A stretch of 64,000 nucleotides of DNA from Octopus sinensis (taxonomy: Eukaryota), in NCBI RefSeq assembly GCF_006345805.1, contig NC_043004.1:6324001-6388000 (forward strand), given 5' to 3'. Numbering within the stretch: position 1 is the first letter of the stretch; every line of letters begins with the position of its first letter. The position numbers and the translations under genes were made by a program. Under the pieces are notes generated by a model. It saw only the letters and a list, made by a program, of their open reading frames with translations, did not search any database and was not told the origin of the DNA. This document shows positions 24,839-36,215 of the stretch, in pieces.

Positions 24839-26157
24839 CAGGGTGTCCATTAAATCTCTTTGCAATTTAAAAATTTACTACAAAAGCAATTGATGGGATA
24901 TGTTTATCAGATTTGTTCTATGTACTCATTGGTTATCAAAGTTTTTAAGCACATTGCATTTGTAACTTTCAGGTACCTTGTTGATAAAAAAAGGTTCAAT
25001 AAAATGAAACCCTAAAAGTGGCTACTTCTCAAGAAAAGGCATAATGTGTATTTTGGTTTATTGAAACAAAACTAGACACACAGACCCAGTGAAACTATAG
25101 GATCAAGTACGGAAGACATCCACCATTACATTCGTCGATTCGTGCATGACAAGGATTTTATGGAAACAGGAACAGTGTCAGATAAAGAGGGGAGCGGATG
25201 ACCAAAATTATCTGAGGAAAATGTCGATTATGTAAGACAAGCCTTTGCTAGTTCTTCTACAAAGTCCGTAAGTATTGCTGCCAGACAGTTACAGCTACCA
25301 CATTCAACAGTGCACAAAGTCCTACACAAGAACTTGTGATTGTACACTTACTAAGTGCAACTCTTACAGGCACTTGAACCAAATGATAAACCAAAAGAAA
25401 AAGAGTTTGCAGTTAACATGTTGGAACAAATTTCTGAGGATGCAGCGTTCCTCACCCAAATTTGTTTTAGTGATGAGGCAACCTTTCAAGTTTCAGGGAA
25501 ACTGAACACATAATGTGAGGATCTGAGAATCATAACACCCCTATGTGACTAGGGAACTTCACTGAGATAGTCCAATGGTGAATTTCTGGTGACAGATGAT
25601 GTGCAATCGAATCATTGGTCCATTTTACTTCACAGAGAGATTTATTTCTGCAAATGCTTACCTTGACCTTTTATATATAGCACCACAACTGGATGACCTT
25701 CAATCAACCATCATTTTCCAGTGAATGGTGCACCATCACAATGAGGACTGCGTCTTCGTGGGTTCCTAAATCAAACATTTCCAGACGAATGAATTAAAGG
25801 GATGGCCCAATCCAATTCCCTGGCCACTTTGTTGCCCAGATATCACTCCCCTGCACATTTTTCGGTGGGGTCGTGTTAAAACCATTATTTATCGAACAAA
25901 GATACAGGACATTAATGACCTAGAGGATCACTGATGCCATTACCACCATTGATAAAGCTATGGTATAGCAAACATGGCAAGAGATTGATTATGATATGCT
26001 TGGTGCAACTAATGGTGCCCATATAGAGATATATTAAATGAAGAAAAAAAGGCTTCAACATCTACTCCTAAATTTGTAATAATTTTCACAGATTTATCTA
26101 TTTATTTGCTTTTGTAAAAAGTTTTTTAAATTGTAAAGAGACTTTATGGACACCCTG
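24839..26157 (+). mobile_element. Full-length defective Tc1/mariner transposon, DD41D (rosa-like)
   Basis: TA TSDs (24837-38, 26158-59); TIRs CAGGGTGTCCATTAAATCTCTTTGCAATTT / AAATTGTAAAGAGACTTTATGGACACCCTG. Confidence 0.92.
25018..26037 (+). pseudogene. Degenerate mariner-family transposase
   Basis: ATSQEKA*CVFWFIETK..., HSTVHKVLHKNL, CFSDEATF, IIGPFYF, (D)GAP, WP...PDITPL, ATNGAHIEIY*; multiple stops and frameshifts; 41 residues between the 2nd and 3rd catalytic positions after frameshift repair. Confidence 0.88.
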
Positions 26158-26194
26158 TATGTATATATATATATATATATATATGCAGTTAAGT

Positions 26195-26410
26195 ATATGT
26201 CCAGTCATAGAGTGACCAATGGTTTCGCCCTATGGATGACTCGTCAAGCTCTAAAGCTGAAAGCATATAATTCTTCAACACTGGGAGGTATGAATTTAAT
26301 ACCCAGAGTTGAAGATTTACATGCCTTTGGCTTTAGGGTCTGATGAGTGTCCATGGGGGCTAATCCCTTTATGGATGCAATATCATTGGTCATTATGACG
26401 GGACATAACT
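26195..26410. mobile_element. Diverged inverted repeat carrying two outward-facing hammerhead motifs
   Basis: Arms ~26195-26285 and ~26301-26410 are reverse-complement homologues; element is bounded by (TA)n. Confidence 0.65.
26208..26253 (-). ncRNA. Minimal type I hammerhead motif (C3U-mutated)
   Basis: Minus strand: TAGAGC-TTGACGA-GTC ATCCATAG GGC-GAAA-CCA T TGG-TC-ACTCTA; GUC triplet. Confidence 0.6.
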
Positions 26411-26612
26411 GCTCTAAGCATTAGAATGTACTCCTTTTTCAGATATATGATACACTGACGATATATATATATATATAAGAAAATAGTAAAGTGTGAAAAA
26501 ACGACAGAAGGCTTAAATGTTAAAAAATATATATATTTGTGTCAAAATGTCTGGAGAATATTGGAAAATTTTTTTTCCTTTCCTTAAAATGACATAATTT
26601 AAAAATTTTTTA

Positions 26613-26652
26613 AAGAAATTACCGGTTTCGCGTGTAGCTTTTCAAATTTCTT
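26613..26652 (-). ncRNA. Minimal type I hammerhead motif, U3-A8 variant, intact core
   Basis: Minus strand: AAGAAAT-TTGAAAA-GC TACAC GC-GAAA-CCGG-TA-ATTTCTT; perfect 7-bp helix I; palindromic ACCGGT helix III; GUA triplet. Confidence 0.7.
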
Positions 26653-26662
26653 GTAACGTCAC

Positions 26663-26702
26663 AAGAAATTTGAAAAGCTACACGCAAAACCGGTAATTTC
26701 TT
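26663..26702 (+). ncRNA. Mirror copy of the U3-A8 hammerhead motif with G12A
   Basis: AAGAAAT-TTGAAAA-GCTACACGC-AAAA-CCGG-TA-ATTTCTT. Confidence 0.55.
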
Positions 26703-26879
26703 TAAAAAATTTTTAAAATTATGTCATTTTAAGGAAAGGAAAAAAAATTTTTCCAATATTCTCCAGACATTTTGACACAAATATATATATTTTTTAACAT
26801 TTAAGCCTTCTGTCGTTTTTTCACACTTTACTATTTTCTTATATATTCACCCACGTGCTTTACCAAACAAACTTTCTTA

Positions 26880-26936
<57 letters not shown>

Positions 26937-27250
26937 CACTGTAAACAAAATTTTGTGTGTTTCTAAAAATCCTGCATAAAGTACATGGATAAGATTTATG
27001 GCATTACATTTATTAAGAGTAAACACAGAAGAATAACACCTACATTAACGTCTTTTTTTCAACACAACACCTATATTCTGTTGTATCTTGAGAGGGTCAT
27101 TATGCCAATATAAACACAGGCACAGTACATGTTTTTATTATAACTGACACAATGACCTTTCTGAAATACAACTGAATATGTTCAAACTCATGAGTTCACA
27201 TTAAGAATCTTGCAAACCAAATACAAGAACGAAACAACACCCATACTTAC

Positions 27251-27299
27251 GTTCAACATCATTACTGAGTGACAGAAACGTTAGTTCTGAACCAAATGC
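27251..27299 (-). CDS. Candidate 49-nt internal exon (AFGSELTFLSLSNDVE), product unknown
   Basis: Acceptor ACACTTTTAG, donor AAC|GTAAGT, one open frame, non-repetitive context; no homology evidence. Confidence 0.3.
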
Positions 27300-27429
27300 C
27301 TAAAAGTGTTTGGTTATGTCCCTTTATACTCATTTGAAAGCTTGCCACACAAACGAAAGATGTATCAATGAAGAAAAAGTATCAATTTGAATAACTGTAC
27401 CCAACCCCTGTATGTTTTCACCTCATTTG

Positions 27430-27572
27430 GTTGCTTAAAGTGATCAAGAAGCTTGATTTATAACCATATGGTTTCATGTTCAATCACACTGCACAGCACC
27501 TTGAATAAGTGTCTTTTACTGTAGCCCTGGGTCAATCAAAGCCTTGTGAATGAATTTTGTAGACAGAAACTC

Positions 27573-27616
<44 letters not shown>

Positions 27617-27865
27617 GGGGGAGGGGGGAGGAGAGAGAGAGAGACCCTTCTCCCACTGTGTGACAACTGGTGTTGGCTTGCTTACATCCCTGTAATTTAA
27701 CAATTCAGCAAAAGAATTTGATAGAATAAGTAACAAACTATAAATTTTTTTTTTTTTTCAAATGAGTACTAGGGATGATTTGTTTGGTCTGTTGACTACC
27801 CTTCAGGGTAGTGCCCCAGTATAGCCACAGTCTAATGACTGGAACAAGTAAAAGATAAAAGAAAG
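27430..27865 (+). mobile_element. SINE family A with (GT)n(GA)n
   Basis: Head, core and tail motifs present. Confidence 0.8.
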
Positions 27866-30800
27866 ATGACAATAAAACAACTATCTCCGACATAAGGATC
27901 CTGATTTATATAAGAGCCACTTATTTGTTGGTTAAGTAGAAAGATCAATTTAAATAACTACATCCAAACCCAACATGATTGTACTTTGTCTGGTAGACAG
28001 TACAGAATGTTGAGTGCAATTAGAAGTCTACTACACATTTGCCAAAGTGTTCTATATGACAAAGCGACTAATTCTATTTTCAACACATGGGACCAGTTTT
28101 ATAAGAGAGCCATTTGCTTGTTGGTCTAAAATTAGTCTCATAGTACAGTTACTTAATCGATAAATTCTGTAGCCTTGGTAACCTGATTGATAATTAAAGC
28201 CTGGGAGAGAAGTATTTAAATAATCAGTGTCGTGCTTCTAAGTGATGCTCTTCCTAAACATGGTTTGATCAGAAGTGTTAAATTAATGAAACATGCAGTA
28301 AAAATATAAAATAGAGGGGGAAAAAATTTAATATTATGCAAGTTGAGAATTAAAGAAATTATAAGGTAAACAAATGCAAAAATAAAGAGCAAAGTGAAAT
28401 AGTATAAACATGCTGTAAGAATCATTTCCATCACCATTTAACATCTGTTTCTATGCTGGCATGGGTTGGACAGATTGACGGGAGCTGGTGAGCCAGAGGA
28501 CAGCACCAATCTCCAATGTCAGCTTTGGAATGGTTTCTATGGCTAGATACTGTAGCAGAAGTAGTTTACACTGCCACTGTGTGAGATGTTTCCATTTTGA
28601 TTTATCTAGGCTTAAATACCCCAATATCAGCTCCACAAGGCCTTTTCATTCCAGCGGAGATATGACCTCGTGATTAAACGAACCTGTTGTTTGTATTGGT
28701 CGGCTTTCAGCTGTCTAATCACATTGGTGCAACATTTTATTTTTCCTTAAATTGGAAATTAATTACCAGCTACTGGAAGCCCACCATTCCCTATAAATAT
28801 GGCAGTTCTCAACTGTTCTAGGTCTTTGGCACTCACCACTGACCATGCGTGTAACTGGTCTCCAGCAACGATGTATCTGATATCAGCCAGTCTTCGTTTT
28901 CATCTCCACCAGACACCTGTCTATATCATTGCTGTATGAACATCACACAGCCAACAAACAGCTGCCTCTACACACCACCAACAGTGCATCAACTATGTCT
29001 ACATCAACAGTCCAGCCTAACCACAAAGTTCTCTCACAAATCTTTGTAATAACCTGTTATGTTATGTTAATTCATGTATGGCAATCATTGCTTACCATTT
29101 CAGTTTCAAATCTCAAGTTGTATATATCTGATTCACTCACACATTATCCTCAAACACATCACCGTTATACCTTTCTTAACACTAACTACTTCTAAGAGTG
29201 TACCTGGTACTTTTTACATGGCACAAGCAGTGAGATCACCAAGTAACTTATAAGACAAAAACCAATCAACTGAGTTGGGGTATAGTATTGGGGGAAGTGG
29301 TTTTTATGCCAGGTGGTGATAGATTGAAGTATAATAAAGGGACAGAAATAGATGCCTTGCTGTAGGGGAAGATATATGGCTACCCCAGTTGGAAAAGAGA
29401 GAAGATAGTGAGAAAGATGTGTCAGGACATGTCATCAAGTGACAAAAAGATGAATATAAGATGTGTAGTACAGAAGAGTGGACAGCATGAAAAGGAATGA
29501 AATTAATGGACTCTTGGTAAATATTTCAATTTTACCATTTAGTTTTAATGGGTGCAAAGAGAAGCCATTAAAAACTAGGATAGTTAAATTAAATCATGCA
29601 AAGAAAAGATTAACTCTTTAATGTTTATATAGTTATTATATAGAGAAAGACTTGTTTATTGGTTTATATCAGCTTATTTAACCAATATGCTTCAATTAAT
29701 TTTGAAAATAAAAAATTTTTAGCGATCTAGTAATTTAACAAGTTTTTCTGTTTAGTTGTATTTGGAACAATGAAATTTCTCACATAAAATTTAAATACAA
29801 ATACTTTAAAACAGGTTCTTCATCATAGTACCAAGAGCTTTCTGCATCAAATCACCAAATCTAATTGCTTGCATATAATAATGTTGTTCAAATGAAAAGA
29901 ATGCTAGGAACTTCACCTAAGCTTACAATTTTGGCTTTTTTTTTTCCATTCCATAAAAACCTAATATCTGAAACATCAAGAATAATTAACCATTGGCATT
30001 AGAGAGTTGAGAAACAATACAAACAGCTATTTGGACAACTTATTTCAATTCATGACCGGAATAGCCATGATTCTATTTAATATTTTGAGCTTCTATGATA
30101 AGATCAAACAGTGGTGATATCACTAGTCACATGATGTGCTATAATGGGTAAGTGTTCAATGCTTACAAATCAACAATACTGTATTCTTGATTGGTTAGTT
30201 TATGCAATGTTTTGATGGTATTGGAATTTTTCTGTTGATTGTTATATTGTAATGTTTATAGATTTCTCACACAAATACAAGTTGCCATATTTAGAGGAAA
30301 TGAAAATATCACATAACATAAAAAATATCTTGTATAGGCAACTGAGATTGTATCAAATGAAAATAGCTATCTATATATCAATGGGGTATATACATTAAGA
30401 TACATAGATAACCATTACATGTTTTTCCCAATACTATTAGCAACTAAATAAGGTGAACAGGAATAAAAGTACAATAGGAGTGTGAATTCATATACTCTTA
30501 CTCGGCATATAAAGAATGCAATGTAGTTTCGGTATAATCAAAGACATTCTAGTCATGGCCATCCCATCTTTTATTCAGGAATAATGCACTTTAAACTACA
30601 TTATTATCCTATATATTCTTTTTTTTTTTTAAGACAGTAAGGTGTGGCTTGAATGGATATTTGGTTACTATTTCCAGTAGGTTGAGTGAACAAGGCAGAG
30701 TCTCCCTCATTAGCCTGCACTGTACATATAGGTAAACTAACTTGGTGCCTTGGGTACCTTTGGCAGAGTTCATTCTGTTGCAAACATTCAGGCCAGATCT

Positions 30801-31134
30801 TGAATTTGAGAAGGTCTTCTCCTTCTACCACCAGTCTCTGAGACCCTGTAAAGGGCCATAGGTATAGCCTTCACTCCTAACTATGAGAAAAATATGTGTT
30901 GCTACTGCCTTCTATAACACACTGATTTTCCACATTATCACCATCATCATCATTATTATTATTTTTATTATTATTATTATTATTAAGGTGGCAAGCTGGC
31001 AGAATTCTTAGCACACTGGATGAAATGCTTAGTGGTATTTCACCCTTTGCCACGTTCTAAGTTCAAATTCCACTGAGGTTGACTTTGTTATTATTATTAT
31101 TATTTGATATATTTTCTCATCCTAACAGATGTTT

Positions 31135-31432
31135 GTTCCCTCTCAAGCCATGCCTGGCTCATTAGGGCCGGTTTCTCGGTTTCCTTGGTATATAAGTTCC
31201 CCACCTGGACGGGACGTCGGTCCATCACAGGTGAGCTGCAAGATGCAGGAGGAAAGAGTGAGAGAAAGTTGTAGCGAAAGAGTCAGCAGAAGTTTGCCAT
31301 TACCTTCTGCCAGAGCTGCGTGAAGCTTAGGTGTTTCGCTCATAAACACACACATCGCCTGGTCTGAGATTCAAACCCACAATCCCTCGACCACAAGTCC
31401 GCTGCTCTAACCACTAGGCCATGTGTCTCCAC
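31135..31432 (-). mobile_element. SINE family D
   Basis: Alignable to 20535-20830. Confidence 0.8.
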
Positions 31433-31962
31433 ATACTAACAGATATTAGTCATTAAATAATATCACTTTCTACTCACCAGGGCTAGTCCTGAGCAGGATT
31501 TTAAACTGCATCCAATTGTGGGACCTTGGTTCAGGAGATCAAAGATTTTGAGAAGTGTGGAACCACCATTGTTCCCAAAGTAGTAGCACCTGTCAGAGCC
31601 AGAGTCCTAGCCATGGGTTAAGTAACATTTAACCACCTGAGTCAATGTACCTCAAAATCATGGGGTGCAGCATGATGGATGTGAACTATTTTGGCAGATG
31701 AACTTATTAAGTCAATAGCAAATACCACTAAATGCTGAACAGATGAACAGAAAACTGACTATCAGTAGCCAGAATCAATCAGCACAGTCATTGAACTACT
31801 GCTATAATCTGTAGTTGTGGTGTGCACATACGAGATATTTCAGCTAGTGAAAGACCAATAGGATTTTGTTGTCCAATTCAGATCAGATTCACTCACCATT
31901 TATTATTTCAAGTTAGATTTTTAATGCTGCATATATCAGATAAGTTAATAGCAACTATTGTA

Positions 31963-32527
31963 TTGGGTTGTCCTGAAAGTTTGTGCCAATTTTTAAAGGA
32001 AAGAAAAAGGTCAATAAATACTTGCCTTTACATTTTTAATCAACCAAATATGAACCATTTTGTTGCACAATGCTTCTCCCTCTTTCCTTTAACTTGAAAA
32101 TACCCTCTTCCCAGAATTGAGGTGGTTTCATGGCAAAGAATTCATCAAGGTATCTTTTTCGTCATCCAAGGAATTGAAATTTTTACCATTAAGACTATTC
32201 TGCAAAGATTTGAATAAGTGGAAATCCAAAGGAGCAATATTTGGTGAATATGGAGTGTGGGGTAACACATCTCAGCTGAGCTGCAGCAATTTTTGTCTGG
32301 TTCCCAAAGCATCAAGTGCCGAAAATGAACTCTCTTATCTTCCATTTTAAAGGATTACAGAATTAACTCAAGTTAAAGGAACATAAACCTTCTTCCACGA
32401 AAAGATAGCTTAAACTGTTCTCTAAATGGAGGTGTAATCAAATCCTATTTTATGAACTCAACCATGTTCTAAAATAAGTCGAAAGGTAAGCTACCATAAA
32501 TTGGCACAAACTTTCCGGACAACCTGA
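31963..32527 (-). mobile_element. Internally deleted mariner (DD34D-type) retaining the transposase C-terminus
   Basis: TA-TTGGGTTGTCCTGAAAGTTTGTGCCAATTT / AAATTGGCACAAACTTTCCGGACAACCTGA-TA TIRs; minus-strand TRQKLLQLS*DVLPHTPYSPNIAPLDFHLFKSLQN...GIFKLKER..SIVQQNGSY. Confidence 0.9.
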
Positions 32528-33240
32528 TACTTTGTATGGATGGCATCTCTGAATTATCAAGTCTCAAAACAATTTTATATTTCCCCCACTTCAATTCTAT
32601 ATTGTCGTTATTGATTGTGTGTGTATACACACACAAGCACATGCATGCATGCACAAAATGAACAAGTGAAGGTGCCTGGTTTAGTGGTTAAGGTGTTGGG
32701 TTCGTGATCATAAGGTTGCAGTTTCAATTCCTAATCTGGGTGTCCATTTTTCATTGCTCCAGTTTACTCTGTTTGCAACTGCATAGGTACCTGAAGAAAT
32801 TAGTGAAAGTAGAATACAAGTGACCAAGTCATGCTTGCTTGCTTGTAGGTGATGAACATTTTTCCAGTGAACCATTCAATATTGCTTCAGCAAGTACAGT
32901 GAAGGAGGTCAGAATAAGACCGAAACACAACTGGAGTTGTGTACAAATGAAAGTAATATTAGCAATTAGTTTTTTTTATATAGTTTCAGTCTTTGAATTA
33001 GAGCTATTCCAGGGTGCCACCTCCTAAAACGTAAGTAAATCATACAAACCTCAGTACTTATTAAAGACTGATACTTATTTTTATCACTATCAGATTCCAT
33101 TCACAAAGAATCAATTAAATTGAAACTTGAATAGAATAGAAAACTCTTCTTCAAAGTGCCACTCAGTGAGATTGAACCTGAAACTACATGATTGCAAAGT
33201 GAACTTCTTAACCAAATGTCTATATAGATTTTTTTTTCTC

Positions 33241-33830
33241 AGGAGTGGCTGTATGGTAAGTAGCTTGCTTATGAACCACATGGTTGCTGCTTCAGTCCCA
33301 CTATGTAGCACCTTGGACAAGTGTAATCTACTATAGCCTTGGGTTGACCAAAAGCCTTGTGAATGGATTTGGTAGACAGAAACTAAGAGGCAATGAGCTG
33401 GCAGAAACGTTAGTATGCCGGGCAAAATGCTTAGTGGTATTTCGTCTGCCGTTACATTCTGAGTTCAAATTCCACCAAGGTCGACTTTGCCTTTCATCCT
33501 TTCGGGGCTGATTAATTAAGTACCAGTTACACATTGGGGTCGATGTAATCAACTTACCCTTTGTCCTTGCTTGTCCCCTCTATGTTTAGCCCCTTGTGGG
33601 CAATAAAGAAATAAGAAACTGAAAGCTCGTCATATGTGTGTGTGTCCCCACCACCATTGCTTGACAACCGATGTTGGTGTGTTTACGTACCCATAACTTA
33701 GCGGTTTAGCAAAAGATAGCAATGGGATAAGTACTAGGCTTACAAAGAATAAGTCCTGGGGTCAATTTGTTCAACAAAAGGTGGTGCTCCAGCATGGCCA
33801 CAGTCAAATGACTGAAACAAATAAAAGAAT
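33241..33830 (+). mobile_element. SINE family A interrupted by a family E SINE
   Basis: Head before 33384; body and tail resume at 33614. Confidence 0.85.
33385..33613 (+). mobile_element. SINE family E (tRNA head; Deu/Nin-like GCCTTTCATCCTTTCGGGG..TAAGTACCAG core)
   Basis: 7-bp TSD AGAAACT (33378-84, 33614-20); rc copy at 34500-34735; the Nin assignment is an inference. Confidence 0.85.
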
Positions 33831-33922
33831 ATTGCAATGCTAACTTATCATCCATATGCAAAACAATAGTTGTCTGATTTATTTAACGGATATATTCTCT
33901 TCTGATAATTCCAACTAAATGT

Positions 33923-33998
33923 TTAATACCATCAACCAATGAATTTTTAATACCACCATTAACCAATGAATTTTTAATACCATTAACCAATGAATTTT
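33923..33998. repeat. 3 x ~24-bp minisatellite TTAATACCATTAACCAATGAATTT
   Basis: Directly visible. Confidence 0.85.
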
Positions 33999-34124
33999 CT
34001 TTTTCTTTTTTCTTTCTCAATGTTACTCAATTTATATCTTTGAACATTTATCAACAAGAAGCAGTAAAGCATTTTGTTTAAGGAAGTAAAATAATTCAGT
34101 TTAGTTGATTTAGTCAAAATAGGA

Positions 34125-34447
34125 GTGATGGTTCGTGGCTTAGTGGTCAGGAGTTTTCAACTCACAATCGTAAGGTCTTGAGTTCAATTCCCGGCAGTGC
34201 CTTGTGTCCTTGAGCAAGACATTATTTCATGTTGCTCCAGTCCGCTCAGCTGGCAAAAATGAGTTGTACCTGTATTTCAAAAGGCTAGCCTTGTCACATT
34301 CTGTGTCACGCTGAATCTCCCTGAAAACTACATTAAGGGTATGCATGTCTGTGGGGTGCTCAGCAACTTGTACATTAATTTCACAAGACAGCTGTTCCGT
34401 TGATCGATCAACTGGAACCTTTGTCATCGTAGCCAATGGAATGCCAG
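34125..34447 (+). mobile_element. SINE family C
   Basis: A-box TGGCTTAGTGG, B-box AGTTCAATTCC; alignable to 5818-6122. Confidence 0.85.
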
Positions 34448-34499
34448 TTTAGTGGTTTAGTCAAAATAGGAAGCAACTTCTAAGAAACAATACTTTCTT

Positions 34500-34735
34500 A
34501 TTTTTTTTTATTGCCCACAAGGAGCTAAACATAGAGAGGACAAACAAGGACAGACAAAGGGATTAAGTTGATTACATCGACCCCAGTGCGTAACTGGGAC
34601 TTAATTTATCAACTCTGAAAGGATGAAAGGCAAAGTCGACCTCGACAGAATTTGAACTCAGAACGTAATGGCAGACGAAATACTGCTAAACATTTTGCCC
34701 AGCATGCTAACGTTTCTGCTAGCTCACCACTATTT
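34500..34735 (-). mobile_element. SINE family E
   Basis: rc of 33385-33613. Confidence 0.85.
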
Positions 34736-34764
34736 AACAAGAGTTACAATTAATAGATGCTAGT

Positions 34765-35220
34765 TGTTACCCATGCCTGCATTGTGCATATGCGTGCATG
34801 TGCACACACAGCATACACAGAATCAAACACACACTGCTTCCCAACCACATGGTTTTGGGTTCAATCCCATGGTGTGACACCTTGGACAAGTGTCTTCTAC
34901 TATAGCTTTTGACTGAGCAAAGCTTTGTGAGTGGATTTGGTAGACAGAAAAGAAAAAATCTTGTATGTATACAATATGCCTGTATGTGTGTATGCTTGTG
35001 TCTCCTCATCATGTTATGGTATAATAGTTGTAAATGAGTGTCACTGTCATACAAGCAGTGTTGTTCCTTTCCAATAGTCTGCAGAAACATGTTCAGCCAT
35101 GGGGAAATATTAGCTTGCTTGGAAACTGGTGAGGGTTGGTGACAAGGGCATGTGGCCATAGAAAATTTACTTCAATAAACTCTGACCCATGCAAGCATGG
35201 AAAAGTGGAGACGATGATGA
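34765..35220 (+). mobile_element. SINE family B
   Basis: Family-A core plus tail CATGCAAGCATGGAAAAGTGGAGACGATGATGAT. Confidence 0.75.
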
Positions 35221-36215
35221 TATATAGTAGCCTAAGTATTTTATTTAATTACATTTTTTCTATAGTACACATCTTTGTAAATACTTTCACCTATCAAAAC
35301 CAGCAGTTTTTAATTAGATGGCAACTGGTAGATTATAAAGGCACAGGATTATGTTTTAAAACTATTCTTAATCACTTATACCTATAATTATTTTGGAAGA
35401 TATTAATTAGAAATATTGAGAAAATATTACTTGTTCTAGTTTTCTGACATATATTTCATAAAGGAAATTTTCCATCCATCCTTTTCATTTTTGCCACCCA
35501 CTGTTCTTGGGAGGGTCACGAGGGTAGAGCCCCCAGGTACTTCTGTCATAGGGTCCTATCAGAAGCAACCGTTGCTACACCTGGCTGGATTCTCAAGTAT
35601 GATCAACTGACACTACAGATATCGTTCAACCATTTCGTTCTTCAGTATATTCATTTGGTAATTACATGAGGCAGAAACACACACACGCATACACACACAC
35701 ACACACACAAACAACATAAGTGAATGTTTGCATGCGTGCGTGCATGCAAACAGGTATATTTTTTGGGAAGAGAGAGAGAGTTATGTTTTGGGATTCCAAA
35801 AACAAGAGTTAACTGGAAAGTATTGCCTGTTCAACAAAAAGAAGCATTGAAACTCATAAACTGCATCAATGAACCCAAAATGTTGCTTATGTAACATACC
35901 TGTCAGATATATTACACACACACACACACACACATACACACACACACACACATATATATGATGATCAACTTCTCTACGTTATCATTAAATGATGAACTTT
36001 CCATGCAGCATGATGCTGGTGCTAAAATAGTATATAGGGTTAATTATATGAAAGATTGCATTGGGAATAAATATTTCTAAAATATTTCTCATATTGATTA
36101 TATTCATGTGTGTTAACAGAATGAACATTAGTCGAACATTCCCATTAGAGCTTTCACCAAACAATAAACAAACCAGGTTTGACAGTGTGGGAGAGAAAAC
36201 AAAAAACCTATATAC

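Larger units (their letters stand above)
26471..26846. repeat. 376-bp near-perfect palindrome (two ~187-bp arms)
   Basis: By eye the arms differ by 1 substitution and two 1-nt indels, plus one mismatch at the centre (GT AACGTC AC). Confidence 0.95.

Noticed and set aside
28837-28916. 80-nt minus-strand exon candidate (VSGGDENEDWLISDTSLLETSYTHGQ)
   Set aside because: Good donor but purine-rich acceptor, and its end phase is incompatible with the 27.3-kb candidate
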